DNA from: Candidatus Scalinduaceae bacterium
Lineage (GTDB): Bacteria > Planctomycetota > Brocadiia > Brocadiales > Scalinduaceae
Length of the DNA stretch: 32,000 nt
Reading direction: 5' to 3'
Assembly: GCA_046759445.1 (NCBI GenBank)
Contig: JBHICG010000025.1
Coordinates: 4,625 to 36,624 of the forward strand
Positions 9,731-18,477 of this stretch are shown here, in pieces; the stretch's first letter is position 1; each line of letters starts with the position of its first letter. The notes under the pieces are model-generated. The model searched no databases. It saw only the letters and a program-made list of their open reading frames with translations, and was not told where the DNA came from. A program made the position numbers and the translations under genes.

Positions 9731-11107
9731 CTATTTCATATTCAGGTCCTTCATCTTTTGTTGTAAGCTCTGTCTATGCATGCCCAGTGTTTCCGCTGCC
9801 TTGCTTATATTACCATTATTCTCTTTTAGTTTCTTGCTTACAAAATCTCTTTCAAAAGCTTCAACGATCAACCTTTTCGCATCTCTGAAAGACATGTTAT
9901 AGTCAATATTCGAAAACGGGTTACAATATGTATTTGAGTTTCTAATTTCTTCTGAAAAATCATTGAGTCCTAAAGTTTCTGTATTGGTCATTACAATTGC
10001 ACCTTCAATCGCATTCTGCAATTCTCGCACATTCCCAGGCCAGTTATACTTTGTTAAAATTTTTGCTGCTTCATTTGATATCGGCATCATGTTTTTATTA
10101 TGTTTTATAGAAAAGAACTGTACAAATTTATTTACCAACATCAGGATATCTTCCTTTCGGTCTCTCAACGGTGGAAGTATAATTTCAACAACCTTCAATC
10201 TATAATACAGATCTTCTCTGAACCTATTCTCCTTTATTTCTTTAATCAATTCCTTATGAGTCGCACTTATTACTCTTACATCAACGTGAAGGGTTTCAGT
10301 CCCTCCTAATCGTTCAAAACTTTGTTCTTGCAGGACGCGTAAAACCTTTGATTGTGTATTTGGGCTCATATCCCCTATTTCATCAAGAAAGATAGTCCCT
10401 TTATTGGCCAATTCAAATTTTCCCAGACGTCTCTCTGTAGCGCCCGTAAAGGCACCCCTTTCATGACCAAACAACTCACTTTCGATTAATGTCTCTGGCA
10501 ATGCTGCACAATTCATTATTATCATAGGCATATGTCTTCGAGCACTTCTTTTATGGATTTCCTTAGCCACCAGTTCTTTTCCACTTCCACTTTCACCCTG
10601 AATCAACACTGTTACGTCAGTCTGCCCCACTTTCTCTATCTTATTAAACACATCTTTCATGATCTGGCTTTTGCCCACTATTTCTCCCATTGACTCTAAT
10701 CTGTCAATTTCTGAACGTAACCTTGCGTTTTCCTCCTCAAGGATAAGTTTTTCAAACGCATTGTTGGCAATCAACCTAAGCTCATCGATTTCAAATGGTT
10801 TGGCAATATAATCATAAGCGCCTTTCTTCATAGCATCTACAGCTATTCTTTCAGATCCATAAGCAGTTACCATAACAATCATAGGAGGCTTGCTCATACG
10901 ACTTATTTTTTCAAGTACATTAATCCCATTAACACGTGGCATATTAATATCAAGGAAGATTATAGCAGGGTTCTCTGCTTTTATCATCTCAAAAGCAGAA
11001 ATACTGTCGCCAGCTTCCTTGACAATGTAACCATCCTTTTCTAAGGCCATTTTCATTCCAAACCTTGCAGCCTTCTCATCATCCACTATTAAAACTAATT
11101 TTTTCAT
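9731..11107 (-). CDS. Sigma-54-dependent response regulator (NtrC family enhancer-binding protein)
   Basis: 458 aa. REC domain (LIVDDE, phospho-acceptor context IIFLDINMP). AAA+ sigma-54 activation domain with Walker A GESGSGKE, the GAFTGA loop, and ELFGHERGAFTGA. C-terminal Fis-type HTH (NISKAAETLGMHRQSLQQKMK). Confidence 0.9.
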   Translation of the reverse strand: MKKLVLIVDDEKAARFGMKMALEKDGYIVKEAGDSISAFEMIKAENPAIIFLDINMPRVNGINVLEKISRMSKPPMIVMVTAYGSERIAVDAMKKGAYDYIAKPFEIDELRLIANNAFEKLILEEENARLRSEIDRLESMGEIVGKSQIMKDVFNKIEKVGQTDVTVLIQGESGSGKELVAKEIHKRSARRHMPMIIMNCAALPETLIESELFGHERGAFTGATERRLGKFELANKGTIFLDEIGDMSPNTQSKVLRVLQEQSFERLGGTETLHVDVRVISATHKELIKEIKENRFREDLYYRLKVVEIILPPLRDRKEDILMLVNKFVQFFSIKHNKNMMPISNEAAKILTKYNWPGNVRELQNAIEGAIVMTNTETLGLNDFSEEIRNSNTYCNPFSNIDYNMSFRDAKRLIVEAFERDFVSKKLKENNGNISKAAETLGMHRQSLQQKMKDLNMK

Positions 11108-11119
11108 AGGATTACTCCT

Positions 11120-13237
11120 TTACATGTTACTTACTAAAAAACTCTCTGATGATGGAATATCAACTACAAACTTTGTAGCTGATTCCGTACTCTCCACCTG
11201 AATCATACCCCCCACTTCCTCAAGCTTCTTTTTTACAATCGCCAATCCCAGACCAGTTCCAGTTTGTTTGGTTGTATAGAATGGTTCAAATATTTTATTG
11301 ATATTTTCTTCGGAGATACCGAGCCCTGTATCTTTAAAAATTACCCTAATATAATCACCCTCCCGTTCATAGCTGACAGAAATTGTCAATCTTCCTCCTG
11401 TTAACATAGCTTGAATGGCATTATGAATAATATTGAAGAAGACTTCCTTCAATGACGCTTCATCTGTCATAATTACAGGTATACTATCTGAAACTTCTAA
11501 ATTTATAACAATATTATTCATTGTTGCTTCATGCTTTATAACAACAATTACTTTATTTATTACATCATCAATCTTAACATCGGTATTTTTATCACCCTGT
11601 GGTTTAGCAAACTCCAAAAGTTGGTTTACAACTTTTGTTAAACGATCTATTTCCTCAACAATTATTGAAAGGCTTTTCTTTGTTTTATAATTATCCTTAA
11701 AATCCTCACTCAAAACCTGAACAATAGCTTTAATTGAACTCAAAGGATTCTTAACCTCATGAGCGACACTAGTAGATAGCCTCCCCAGACTAGATAATTT
11801 TTCGTTTTCATAAATCCTCCTCTCTAACTGTAGCTTTTCATCAATGAGCTCAGCTTTGGCTATTGCAGAACTAATTTGATTTGCAATAATCATTAACTGT
11901 TCAAGGTTATCGGCTGGCAATCTTAAACCCCTTATAGATTTACCAAGAGACAGCAAGCCTATTAACTTTCTATCCTTAAAAACAGGAAATATAAAAAACG
12001 CCTCCAACTGTTTCATCTCATTTATTATGGCAACATCTGTGACTTCATGTCTGTCAAGCACCGTAATCTCACCTTTATCAAAATTTTTTATTATATTTAA
12101 GATATCGTCTCTTGCCATAAAAGCACCCTTTCTGTATCCAATAACTTGTATTCTGCCACCCTTAAAGAGCACCAAACTAACGTTTTTAATTGCCGTTGCC
12201 TTTTTTATCGACTCTACAACATACTCCAATAAAAGTGATAAGTTTATCAGTAAATCCGCACCAATCTGATGGCTCAAATCATTTAGAAGATATTCGCTGT
12301 CGGCGATCCTCCTAAAAAGTAATTTTCGCATTAAGCCCTGGACTTTTTCTTTCAATTTTGGAAACCAATAAACCAGTGCTATAACAAACACCGCTTCCGA
12401 CACCTTTACATTAACTGAATAATTAAGTTCAAGATATTTACTCAACTGCTTTATTCCAAAATAATAAAGACAAATAACTATCAATACCAAGAAAGAATAA
12501 AACATACTGCGCCTGAGAACAAATTCCATATAATTGTAACGATACACATAATAAGAGAATATAATACTTGGAAAGATTGAGGAAAGCATTGTAGCCAGGA
12601 TTAAGTAATCACCAATATAAGAAATAGCTCTTCCTTCAAAAAGGATCGTAAACGCAACAAGTAATGCAATGAAAATAAGAATCCAGAAAATAGAGAAGTG
12701 GAATTTCCGCTCTTCCACCTCTTCTACCTTGGCAGAAAGTATGCGTGAGATAACGGCAGACGTAAATATCGAAAATAGTAACCATACAACAAAAGGTTTA
12801 ACAAAAGGTGACACGCTCATTAGCATACGGGTTTCTTCCGAAAATATTTGCATTTCGGCTGATAACAAGAGCGGAATAATAGGAAGGTAGATTACGGTAA
12901 CCATGGACAATCTTACTATTTTTTTGATATTCCAGCCGCTCTCTAGAAGAAACAATATAGCCGTATGCATAAGTAAGCTAGGCATCAAACCCATTCCCGC
13001 ACTTGCAACTGCGTTTGATGATTGAGTGATTACATAAATATTTTTTCCAAAAAGCATTATACTAAAAAGTGAGACGGCATTACCATAATGCCACATTGCA
13101 ACACTTATTACGAGACATAAAAAGACTAATTCACTTCCCTTTTTATTCTTCCTTTGGACTATAAGAATTGAAAGTACTGTATGAAGGATGGAGCCCAGAA
13201 TGAAACCTATTAATGCTACTATTTCAATCAATGTCAT
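11120..13237 (-). CDS. Sensor histidine kinase with polytopic membrane N-domain and GAF-like domain
   Basis: 705 aa. About 300 aa of repeated hydrophobic helices, then a central GAF-like region. H-box SVAHEVKNPLSSI, N-box NIIHNAIQAM, G-boxes DTGLGI and GTGLGLAIV. There is a 12-nt gap to the downstream response regulator, so operon pairing is likely. Confidence 0.88.
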   Translation of the reverse strand: MTLIEIVALIGFILGSILHTVLSILIVQRKNKKGSELVFLCLVISVAMWHYGNAVSLFSIMLFGKNIYVITQSSNAVASAGMGLMPSLLMHTAILFLLESGWNIKKIVRLSMVTVIYLPIIPLLLSAEMQIFSEETRMLMSVSPFVKPFVVWLLFSIFTSAVISRILSAKVEEVEERKFHFSIFWILIFIALLVAFTILFEGRAISYIGDYLILATMLSSIFPSIIFSYYVYRYNYMEFVLRRSMFYSFLVLIVICLYYFGIKQLSKYLELNYSVNVKVSEAVFVIALVYWFPKLKEKVQGLMRKLLFRRIADSEYLLNDLSHQIGADLLINLSLLLEYVVESIKKATAIKNVSLVLFKGGRIQVIGYRKGAFMARDDILNIIKNFDKGEITVLDRHEVTDVAIINEMKQLEAFFIFPVFKDRKLIGLLSLGKSIRGLRLPADNLEQLMIIANQISSAIAKAELIDEKLQLERRIYENEKLSSLGRLSTSVAHEVKNPLSSIKAIVQVLSEDFKDNYKTKKSLSIIVEEIDRLTKVVNQLLEFAKPQGDKNTDVKIDDVINKVIVVIKHEATMNNIVINLEVSDSIPVIMTDEASLKEVFFNIIHNAIQAMLTGGRLTISVSYEREGDYIRVIFKDTGLGISEENINKIFEPFYTTKQTGTGLGLAIVKKKLEEVGGMIQVESTESATKFVVDIPSSESFLVSNM

Positions 13238-13546
13238 AGCCTAAGAAATATGCGTCAATTTAGAAAATATTTGAAAAGTTTTTATTAAAATGTTTCACAG
13301 GTTATTGTGCTTCCGATACGTTGATTTAATAGTTGGATGGATTCTGAAAAAACAAATCAAGTGAAAATGTTTTATGCATTATGAAATAAAATTTATATTA
13401 TTATTAACCAAATTATCTGTCAATAAAAAAAGGCATTCAGCTATATAAAATAATAAATCAAGGTGTTAAGATACCTTGAAAACGATAATGAAATACATTC
13501 AGCACAGGATTCAGGATGACAATTATAGTGTTCCCGCAACATACTA

Positions 13547-14569
13547 CTAAAGATATAGATAATCATTTACTTTACAAGTATGGCAAATTGTTTCTGTTTT
13601 GTTTTTACGACCCAGAACTTCCTTACGTGCTGAAATGTATTTTTCATTATTCCATATTTCCTTAAATGAATTCTCCTTAATATTACCAAAAGAGTGAGCT
13701 TCGCTATATACAGAACAACATGGCAAAATAGAGCCATCCCAATTTATAACTGTCTCAGTCCATAATTGATTACAATTAAATTTATTTTTTGGTTTCTTTT
13801 CAGTCATGTTAAATATGTTATACTCTGGAATAAGAGGTAACCATTTATAATCACGTTCAATTGATTTTTCAGCAGTTTCAAAAATTTCTTTGCCCATATC
13901 GGTACGCATCTTGTTTATGACTAACTTTATGCCTATTTCCTTTGCCAAGGCTCTAGCCTTTTCAATCTCATGTTCATTATGTCTGAAGACATGAAACAAC
14001 CATATTATCTCAGTATAACGATTTTTTAACTTTTTCTTTTTTTCAATTAAAAGTTTCATATTTGATATAACTCTATTAAAGTCTCCATCAATATGATAAG
14101 TTGAATAAGTTGAATTACTGGCGCCATCGCAAGAAATATATATTTTTTGTAAATTAGCTATAATTAAGGCTTCAGCTAGAGAATCCTCAATGGGTAAACT
14201 CAGATTTGTGCTTATTTTTACGGCTATTTTTTTTTCGTTAGCATACTCTACCATTTTTATAATTTCTTTGTTTATAAGAGGTTCTCCCCAATTATACAAC
14301 CTTACCAAGATTAGATTTTTACCTATTTCGTCAATAAATTGTTTAAAATCAGAAAAGGATAGGAATCCTTTTCTGGCAGAATCATCTCTTTGCCCTGTAG
14401 GACAAAGTGGACAACGAAGGTTACATATATTACCTGAATCTATAGTAATCTTGGCAGGATAGTAATAAAGGCGCACGGAACCTATTGCATACTGAATTCT
14501 ACTCATCAAAAGATTATATAATTTTCTTATACTAAAAACGCTTATGCGCCTCCACAACTTATGAGACAT
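13547..14569 (-). CDS. Radical SAM enzyme with C-terminal SPASM/twitch-like auxiliary cluster motif
   Basis: 340 aa. Canonical CxxxCxxC (CNLRCPLCPTG) near the N-terminus. The C-terminus has CNQLWTETVINWDGSILPC (C-x12-G-x4-C) followed by a terminal CHTC. Transcribed divergently from the ACP operon. Confidence 0.8.
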   Translation of the reverse strand: MSHKLWRRISVFSIRKLYNLLMSRIQYAIGSVRLYYYPAKITIDSGNICNLRCPLCPTGQRDDSARKGFLSFSDFKQFIDEIGKNLILVRLYNWGEPLINKEIIKMVEYANEKKIAVKISTNLSLPIEDSLAEALIIANLQKIYISCDGASNSTYSTYHIDGDFNRVISNMKLLIEKKKKLKNRYTEIIWLFHVFRHNEHEIEKARALAKEIGIKLVINKMRTDMGKEIFETAEKSIERDYKWLPLIPEYNIFNMTEKKPKNKFNCNQLWTETVINWDGSILPCCSVYSEAHSFGNIKENSFKEIWNNEKYISARKEVLGRKNKTETICHTCKVNDYLYL

Positions 14570-14865
14570 CTTTTAATAAGGAAATGTAAAACATCACAAA
14601 TAAAAAGGATAATTTAAGAAAGCCATGAAGTTTTTTTGACTAATATCAAACGCGGAAAATAAACTATGTAATCCTCCTGAAAATACTTGCCTGACGGCAG
14701 ACAGGGAGGAAAAACACACCTTATCTTGCGGGGAACCAGTTTTTATACAATTTTAATAATTCGTGGTGACCCGAGAGGTATGAATGTTACACAAAAAAGT
14801 GCTTTCATGGCCTATAGGAACGATATCAAAAAGCATATTCCAAGTCAACTCGATTAATCTCAAAA

Positions 14866-14912
14866 ATTGACATAAGATTGTTATTGACATCTCTTTGTAA
14901 GTTTGTTAAGTT
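14866..14912 (+). promoter_or_regulatory. Candidate sigma-70-type promoter or operator upstream of the ACP operon (two ATTGACAT direct repeats)
   Basis: ATTGACAT occurs at 14866-14873 and 14883-14890, each containing the TTGACA -35 consensus. A weak -10-like TAAGTT lies 17 nt after the second box (14907-14912). No experimental support; the -10 is poor. Confidence 0.2.
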
Positions 14913-15094
14913 CCCGCATCCATCTTTTTTCTGAAATGTGTAGCATATTTAATTCACTTAATTACACAAACATATCTTAATATATAATAGTGGTTTAAAA
15001 CCCGAACTAAGTCAAAATAAAGTAAATTATTTGATTTCACTAAAAAGTTTGTTGTCTTAAACTTTTGTAGGTTTGTTTTTTGGGAGGTATTATA

Positions 15095-15346
15095 TTGGAT
15101 ATATCAAAAGAAGTCACTTCAATTGTTGCTGAAGTTACTGAGTTAGACGAAAAAGAAATATGGGAAAAAAGAGACGCCGATTTTTTTAAGGAATTAGAAA
15201 TAGATTCTTTGTTGGCATTAGAAATACTGGCGCTCATTGAAAAAAAATTCAAAATCCAAATACCAGAAGAAAAACTAGTCGACATTACCTCATTAAATGC
15301 AACAATTGAAATGACAAAATCAACGTTGGAAGAAAATGCAAAATAG
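15095..15346 (+). CDS. Acyl carrier protein (dedicated, cluster-associated)
   Basis: The track ORF starts at TTG 15080. I prefer TTG 15095 because GGGAGG at 15082-15087 sits 7 nt upstream. The phosphopantetheine attachment motif EIDSLLALE (DSL serine) lies in a four-helix-sized protein of about 83 aa. The start codon choice is uncertain. Confidence 0.85.
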   Translation: MDISKEVTSIVAEVTELDEKEIWEKRDADFFKELEIDSLLALEILALIEKKFKIQIPEEKLVDITSLNATIEMTKSTLEENAK

Positions 15347-15430
15347 CCATATATACTTTTTGCCTCCGCACCTCTTTCATGAATTTTAAAACAGTCCGTT
15401 TATGACCTTAAACAAGAAAGGTTTTTATAA

Positions 15431-15880
15431 ATGTCGAGTTTTGAGGAAATAAAGAAACTGATTCCTCAAAAAAATCCATTCTTATTTATTGATAAAGTTA
15501 TTGATTTCCAAAAAGAAAGGAAGATTGTTTGTCTAAAAAATGTCTCTGGTAATGAACCATTCTTCGTTGGGCACTTTCCAGATTTTGCCATAATGCCAGG
15601 AGTCCTAATCTTAGAAGCCCTGGCACAAGCCTCAATCTTACTCTTCAAAAAAAGTTTTAATACCGACAAGGATAAAGATAAGGTCTTTTTATTAGGCTCT
15701 GCTGACATCCGTTTTACAAAACCTGTTTTTCCAGGCGACCAACTTATTTTAGAAATAGAGGCTGAAAAAATAATCTCTAGAGCCGCAATAATAAAGGGTA
15801 TAGCCAGAGTAGGAGAAAAGGTAGTTTCAAAAGCTACATTAAGTTTTGGTATTGCAGAAAAAGAATCTCTAAATGATTAA
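15431..15880 (+). CDS. fabZ: 3-hydroxyacyl-ACP dehydratase FabZ-like
   Basis: 149 aa hotdog-fold protein with the FabZ signature FFVGHFPDFAIMPGVLILEALAQ (catalytic His and Glu context). Confidence 0.9.
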   Translation: MSSFEEIKKLIPQKNPFLFIDKVIDFQKERKIVCLKNVSGNEPFFVGHFPDFAIMPGVLILEALAQASILLFKKSFNTDKDKDKVFLLGSADIRFTKPVFPGDQLILEIEAEKIISRAAIIKGIARVGEKVVSKATLSFGIAEKESLND

Positions 15881-15898
15881 TTCAGCTTAATAGCCAAT

Positions 15899-17131
15899 AT
15901 GCAAGAAAATCTGAATAAAAGAATCGTAATCACTGGTCTGGGAGTAATATCCCCTATTGGTTGTCAAAAGGACACTTTCTGGAATGCTTTAATCAAGGGC
16001 GCATCCGGAGTATCAGAAGTCAAGGCGTTTGACACAACTGAATTTAAGGTACATAGAGGTTGTGAAGTTAAGGACTTCAAATATGAAGACTATGCAAGTA
16101 ATGGTTCAAATCGAAAAATTGGCAAGGGATCACAGTTTGCTATTGCTGCAACCAAACTTGCACTGGAGGATTCTAAGATAGACATAGTTAATGTAGATCC
16201 GGAAACAGTAGGAGTTTCAATTGGAACTACTGCAGGTGAGATTCAAATCCTAGAAAAAGTAAATCATTTAAGATGCGAAAACGGAGATGATCATGTAGAC
16301 TCTGACCTATTCCTTAAGCATCCATGCAACAATATCCCTTCTAACATATCTATTGAATTTGGCTTTAAGGGCCCAAGCACGATAATTCCTACTGCATGTG
16401 CTGCGGGAAACTATGCTATTGGTTATGCATGCGACCTAATAAAATTGGGAAGAGCAGATGTAATGTTGGCCGGTGGTACCGATCCATTTTCCAAAGTAGC
16501 TTATGTTGGTTTTGGTAGACTCAATGCTATAGCACCGGAAATTTGTCAGCCTTTTGACAAAAACAGAAAAGGTATGTTAATCGGTGAAGGTGCTGGAATG
16601 CTGGTATTAGAATCTTTGGAAGATGCATTGGCCAGGAATGCAAATATCTATGCAGAAATCCTAGGCTATGGCCTAAGCTGTGATGGATATCATATCACAA
16701 TTCCACAACCAGAGGGAAATGGTGTCGTATCAGCGATGAGAAAGGCATTAAAAGATGCCAAAATCAAGCCTGAGGACGTTCAACATATAAGCGCACATGG
16801 CACTGGAACTGTCGCTAATGACAAGGCCGAAACAATATCTATTAAGAAAGTCTTTGGTGAACATTCAAAGCGTCTGGCTGTAATTTCTATAAAATCAATG
16901 ATAGGGCATACTATGGGAGCTGCAAGTGCTATAGAAGCCATTGCATGTGCATTAGCTATTAAAGAAGATCTAGTGCCTCCCACGATAAACTATGAAACTG
17001 AAGACCCGGAGTGTGATTTAGATTTTGTTCCCAATGTAAAACGGGAAATGCGAGTCGATATAGCCTTAAACAATGCTTATGCCTTTGGTGGCAACAACAG
17101 CTGTCTTGTATTAAAGAAGTATACCGGTTAA
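15899..17131 (+). CDS. Beta-ketoacyl-ACP synthase II-like (FabF-like, catalytically intact)
   Basis: 410 aa. Active-site Cys in PTACAAG (Cys167, codon 16397-16399). First His in DGYHITIP, second His in ISAHGTGT, and [13 protein letters not shown]-terminal [14 protein letters not shown]. Confidence 0.9.
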   Translation: MQENLNKRIVITGLGVISPIGCQKDTFWNALIKGASGVSEVKAFDTTEFKVHRGCEVKDFKYEDYASNGSNRKIGKGSQFAIAATKLALEDSKIDIVNVDPETVGVSIGTTAGEIQILEKVNHLRCENGDDHVDSDLFLKHPCNNIPSNISIEFGFKGPSTIIPTACAAGNYAIGYACDLIKLGRADVMLAGGTDPFSKVAYVGFGRLNAIAPEICQPFDKNRKGMLIGEGAGMLVLESLEDALARNANIYAEILGYGLSCDGYHITIPQPEGNGVVSAMRKALKDAKIKPEDVQHISAHGTGTVANDKAETISIKKVFGEHSKRLAVISIKSMIGHTMGAASAIEAIACALAIKEDLVPPTINYETEDPECDLDFVPNVKREMRVDIALNNAYAFGGNNSCLVLKKYTG

Positions 17132-17160
17132 GAGAGTATAATATAATTATCTTAATTAAT

Positions 17161-17199
17161 GTTAATGGTATCTTAAAATATATGCCATTAACTTTTTTA
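17161..17199 (+). terminator. AT-rich hairpin plus T-run between the two ketosynthase genes (possible attenuator or weak intrinsic terminator)
   Basis: GTTAATGG (17161-17168) pairs with CCATTAAC (17185-17192) and is followed by TTTTTT (17193-17198). The stem is AT-rich, so stability is modest. Confidence 0.3.
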
Positions 17200-17235
17200 T
17201 TTCTAGGGAAATAATTTTGTAAGAAATAAACAACA

Positions 17236-18471
17236 ATGAATAATCGTTTGGTTATAACGGGAATTAGCATTTTATCTCCAATTGGTCTAAATAAAGATGA
17301 ATTTTGGAACAATTTGATAAACGGTGTCTCTGGGATAAAGGATATTACATTATTTGATGTCTCCAAATACAGAAGCAAGAAGGCGGGTGAAATATCAGAT
17401 TTTAATGCCAAGACATTTTTGGGTAAGAAAGGTATCCGCCATATAGACAGGACTTCGCTATTAGTTTCCTCAGCCGCAAAACTCGTAATGGAAGATGCAA
17501 ATATTACTCACGAATCCTATACTGAGGATGACTTAGGAATTGTAATAGGTTCTACATACGGCAGTATAGATAGCATTAGTTCGTTTGACCTGGAAGCTTT
17601 AAAAGAAGGACCGAATTACGTTAATCCAATGGACTTCCCAAATACGGTTCTAAATGCTCCCGCAAGCAGAGCCTCTATTTTTTGTAAAGCCACTGGCCTC
17701 AACTCTACAATTTCGACAGGTGTTACCAGTGGACTTGACGCCATTATTTATGCTTCTGATTTCCTAAAGTTAGGCAGGGTAAAGGCCGTTTTAACTGGAG
17801 GTGTTCACGGTTTGACTCATGACATTTTTTGGGGTGCATATAGGTCAGGAGTATTATCAGGCAGCAAAGATAACACGGTCGAGATTTCTGCACCATTTGA
17901 CAAAAGGCGTAATGGACTTGTAATTGGTGAAGCTGCTGCATTGCTTATGATAGAAAGACTTGAAGATGCATTAAAAAGAAATGCAAAAATTTACGCTGAA
18001 ATCAAAGGTTATGGAAGCGTCTTTAACCCAAAAAAGATTCATCATGACAGTTTCGATACTGAAGAAGGTGTAAGATGCATTTCTCTGGCAATGAAAGATG
18101 CAGAACTTAATATTGACGATATTTCTTGTATATCAGCTTGTGCAAATTCCAGCAGAACTGGTGATATAATGGAAACAAAAGTTATTAAAGATTACTTTGG
18201 CAATTATGCCGATAAAGTTCCTATAAGTGCAATTAAATCTATGACAGGAGAATGCCTTGATGCATCAGGAGCAGTACAGTGCGTTGCAAGTATAATGGCA
18301 ATCAACAACGGCGTCGTTCCCCCGACAACAAATTACCAGGAAAAAGACGATGAATGCAATTTAGATTATGTATCTAATAAAAACAGAGAATTAGATGTAA
18401 AAAACGTCCTCGTGAACGCTTTTTCTGACACAGGTAACATCTCATCCATAATCATCTCAAGATATTCATAA
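17236..18471 (+). CDS. Ketosynthase paralog lacking the catalytic Cys (chain-length-factor-like / KS-beta-like)
   Basis: 411 aa, alignable along its length to the upstream KS. The active-site Cys position reads STGVTSG (Val163, codon 17722-17724). The AHGT His position reads SACANSS (Cys302). The GH of KSMxGH reads KSMTGEC (Glu339). Confidence 0.85.
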   Translation: MNNRLVITGISILSPIGLNKDEFWNNLINGVSGIKDITLFDVSKYRSKKAGEISDFNAKTFLGKKGIRHIDRTSLLVSSAAKLVMEDANITHESYTEDDLGIVIGSTYGSIDSISSFDLEALKEGPNYVNPMDFPNTVLNAPASRASIFCKATGLNSTISTGVTSGLDAIIYASDFLKLGRVKAVLTGGVHGLTHDIFWGAYRSGVLSGSKDNTVEISAPFDKRRNGLVIGEAAALLMIERLEDALKRNAKIYAEIKGYGSVFNPKKIHHDSFDTEEGVRCISLAMKDAELNIDDISCISACANSSRTGDIMETKVIKDYFGNYADKVPISAIKSMTGECLDASGAVQCVASIMAINNGVVPPTTNYQEKDDECNLDYVSNKNRELDVKNVLVNAFSDTGNISSIIISRYS

Positions 18472-18477
18472 CCTACA

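Noticed and set aside
14780-14857. 25-codon mini-ORF (MNVTQKSAFMAYRNDIKKHIPSQLD) as a possible precursor or leader peptide for the radical SAM enzymes
   Set aside because: The GAGAGG-like sequence sits only 1 nt from the ATG, which is poor spacing. The peptide has no Cys-, Gly- or Ser-rich core typical of SPASM substrates. It is on the opposite strand to the SPASM gene. There is no evidence beyond being open.
14570-15094. Sigma-54 promoter or replication origin at the minus-to-plus strand switch
   Set aside because: I scanned both strands by eye for GG-N10-GC with TGGCAC/TTGC character and for TTATCCACA-like DnaA boxes, and found no convincing match. The strand switch alone is insufficient.
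15040-15285. 81-aa minus-strand ORF
   Set aside because: It is antisense to the ACP gene, has Ser-rich low-complexity translation, and its start falls in the ACP ribosome-binding region.
16959-17411. 150-aa minus-strand ORF spanning the KS/KS intergenic gap
   Set aside because: Both of its ends overlap the conserved ends of the two ketosynthase genes in antisense. It has no motif or plausible ribosome-binding site.
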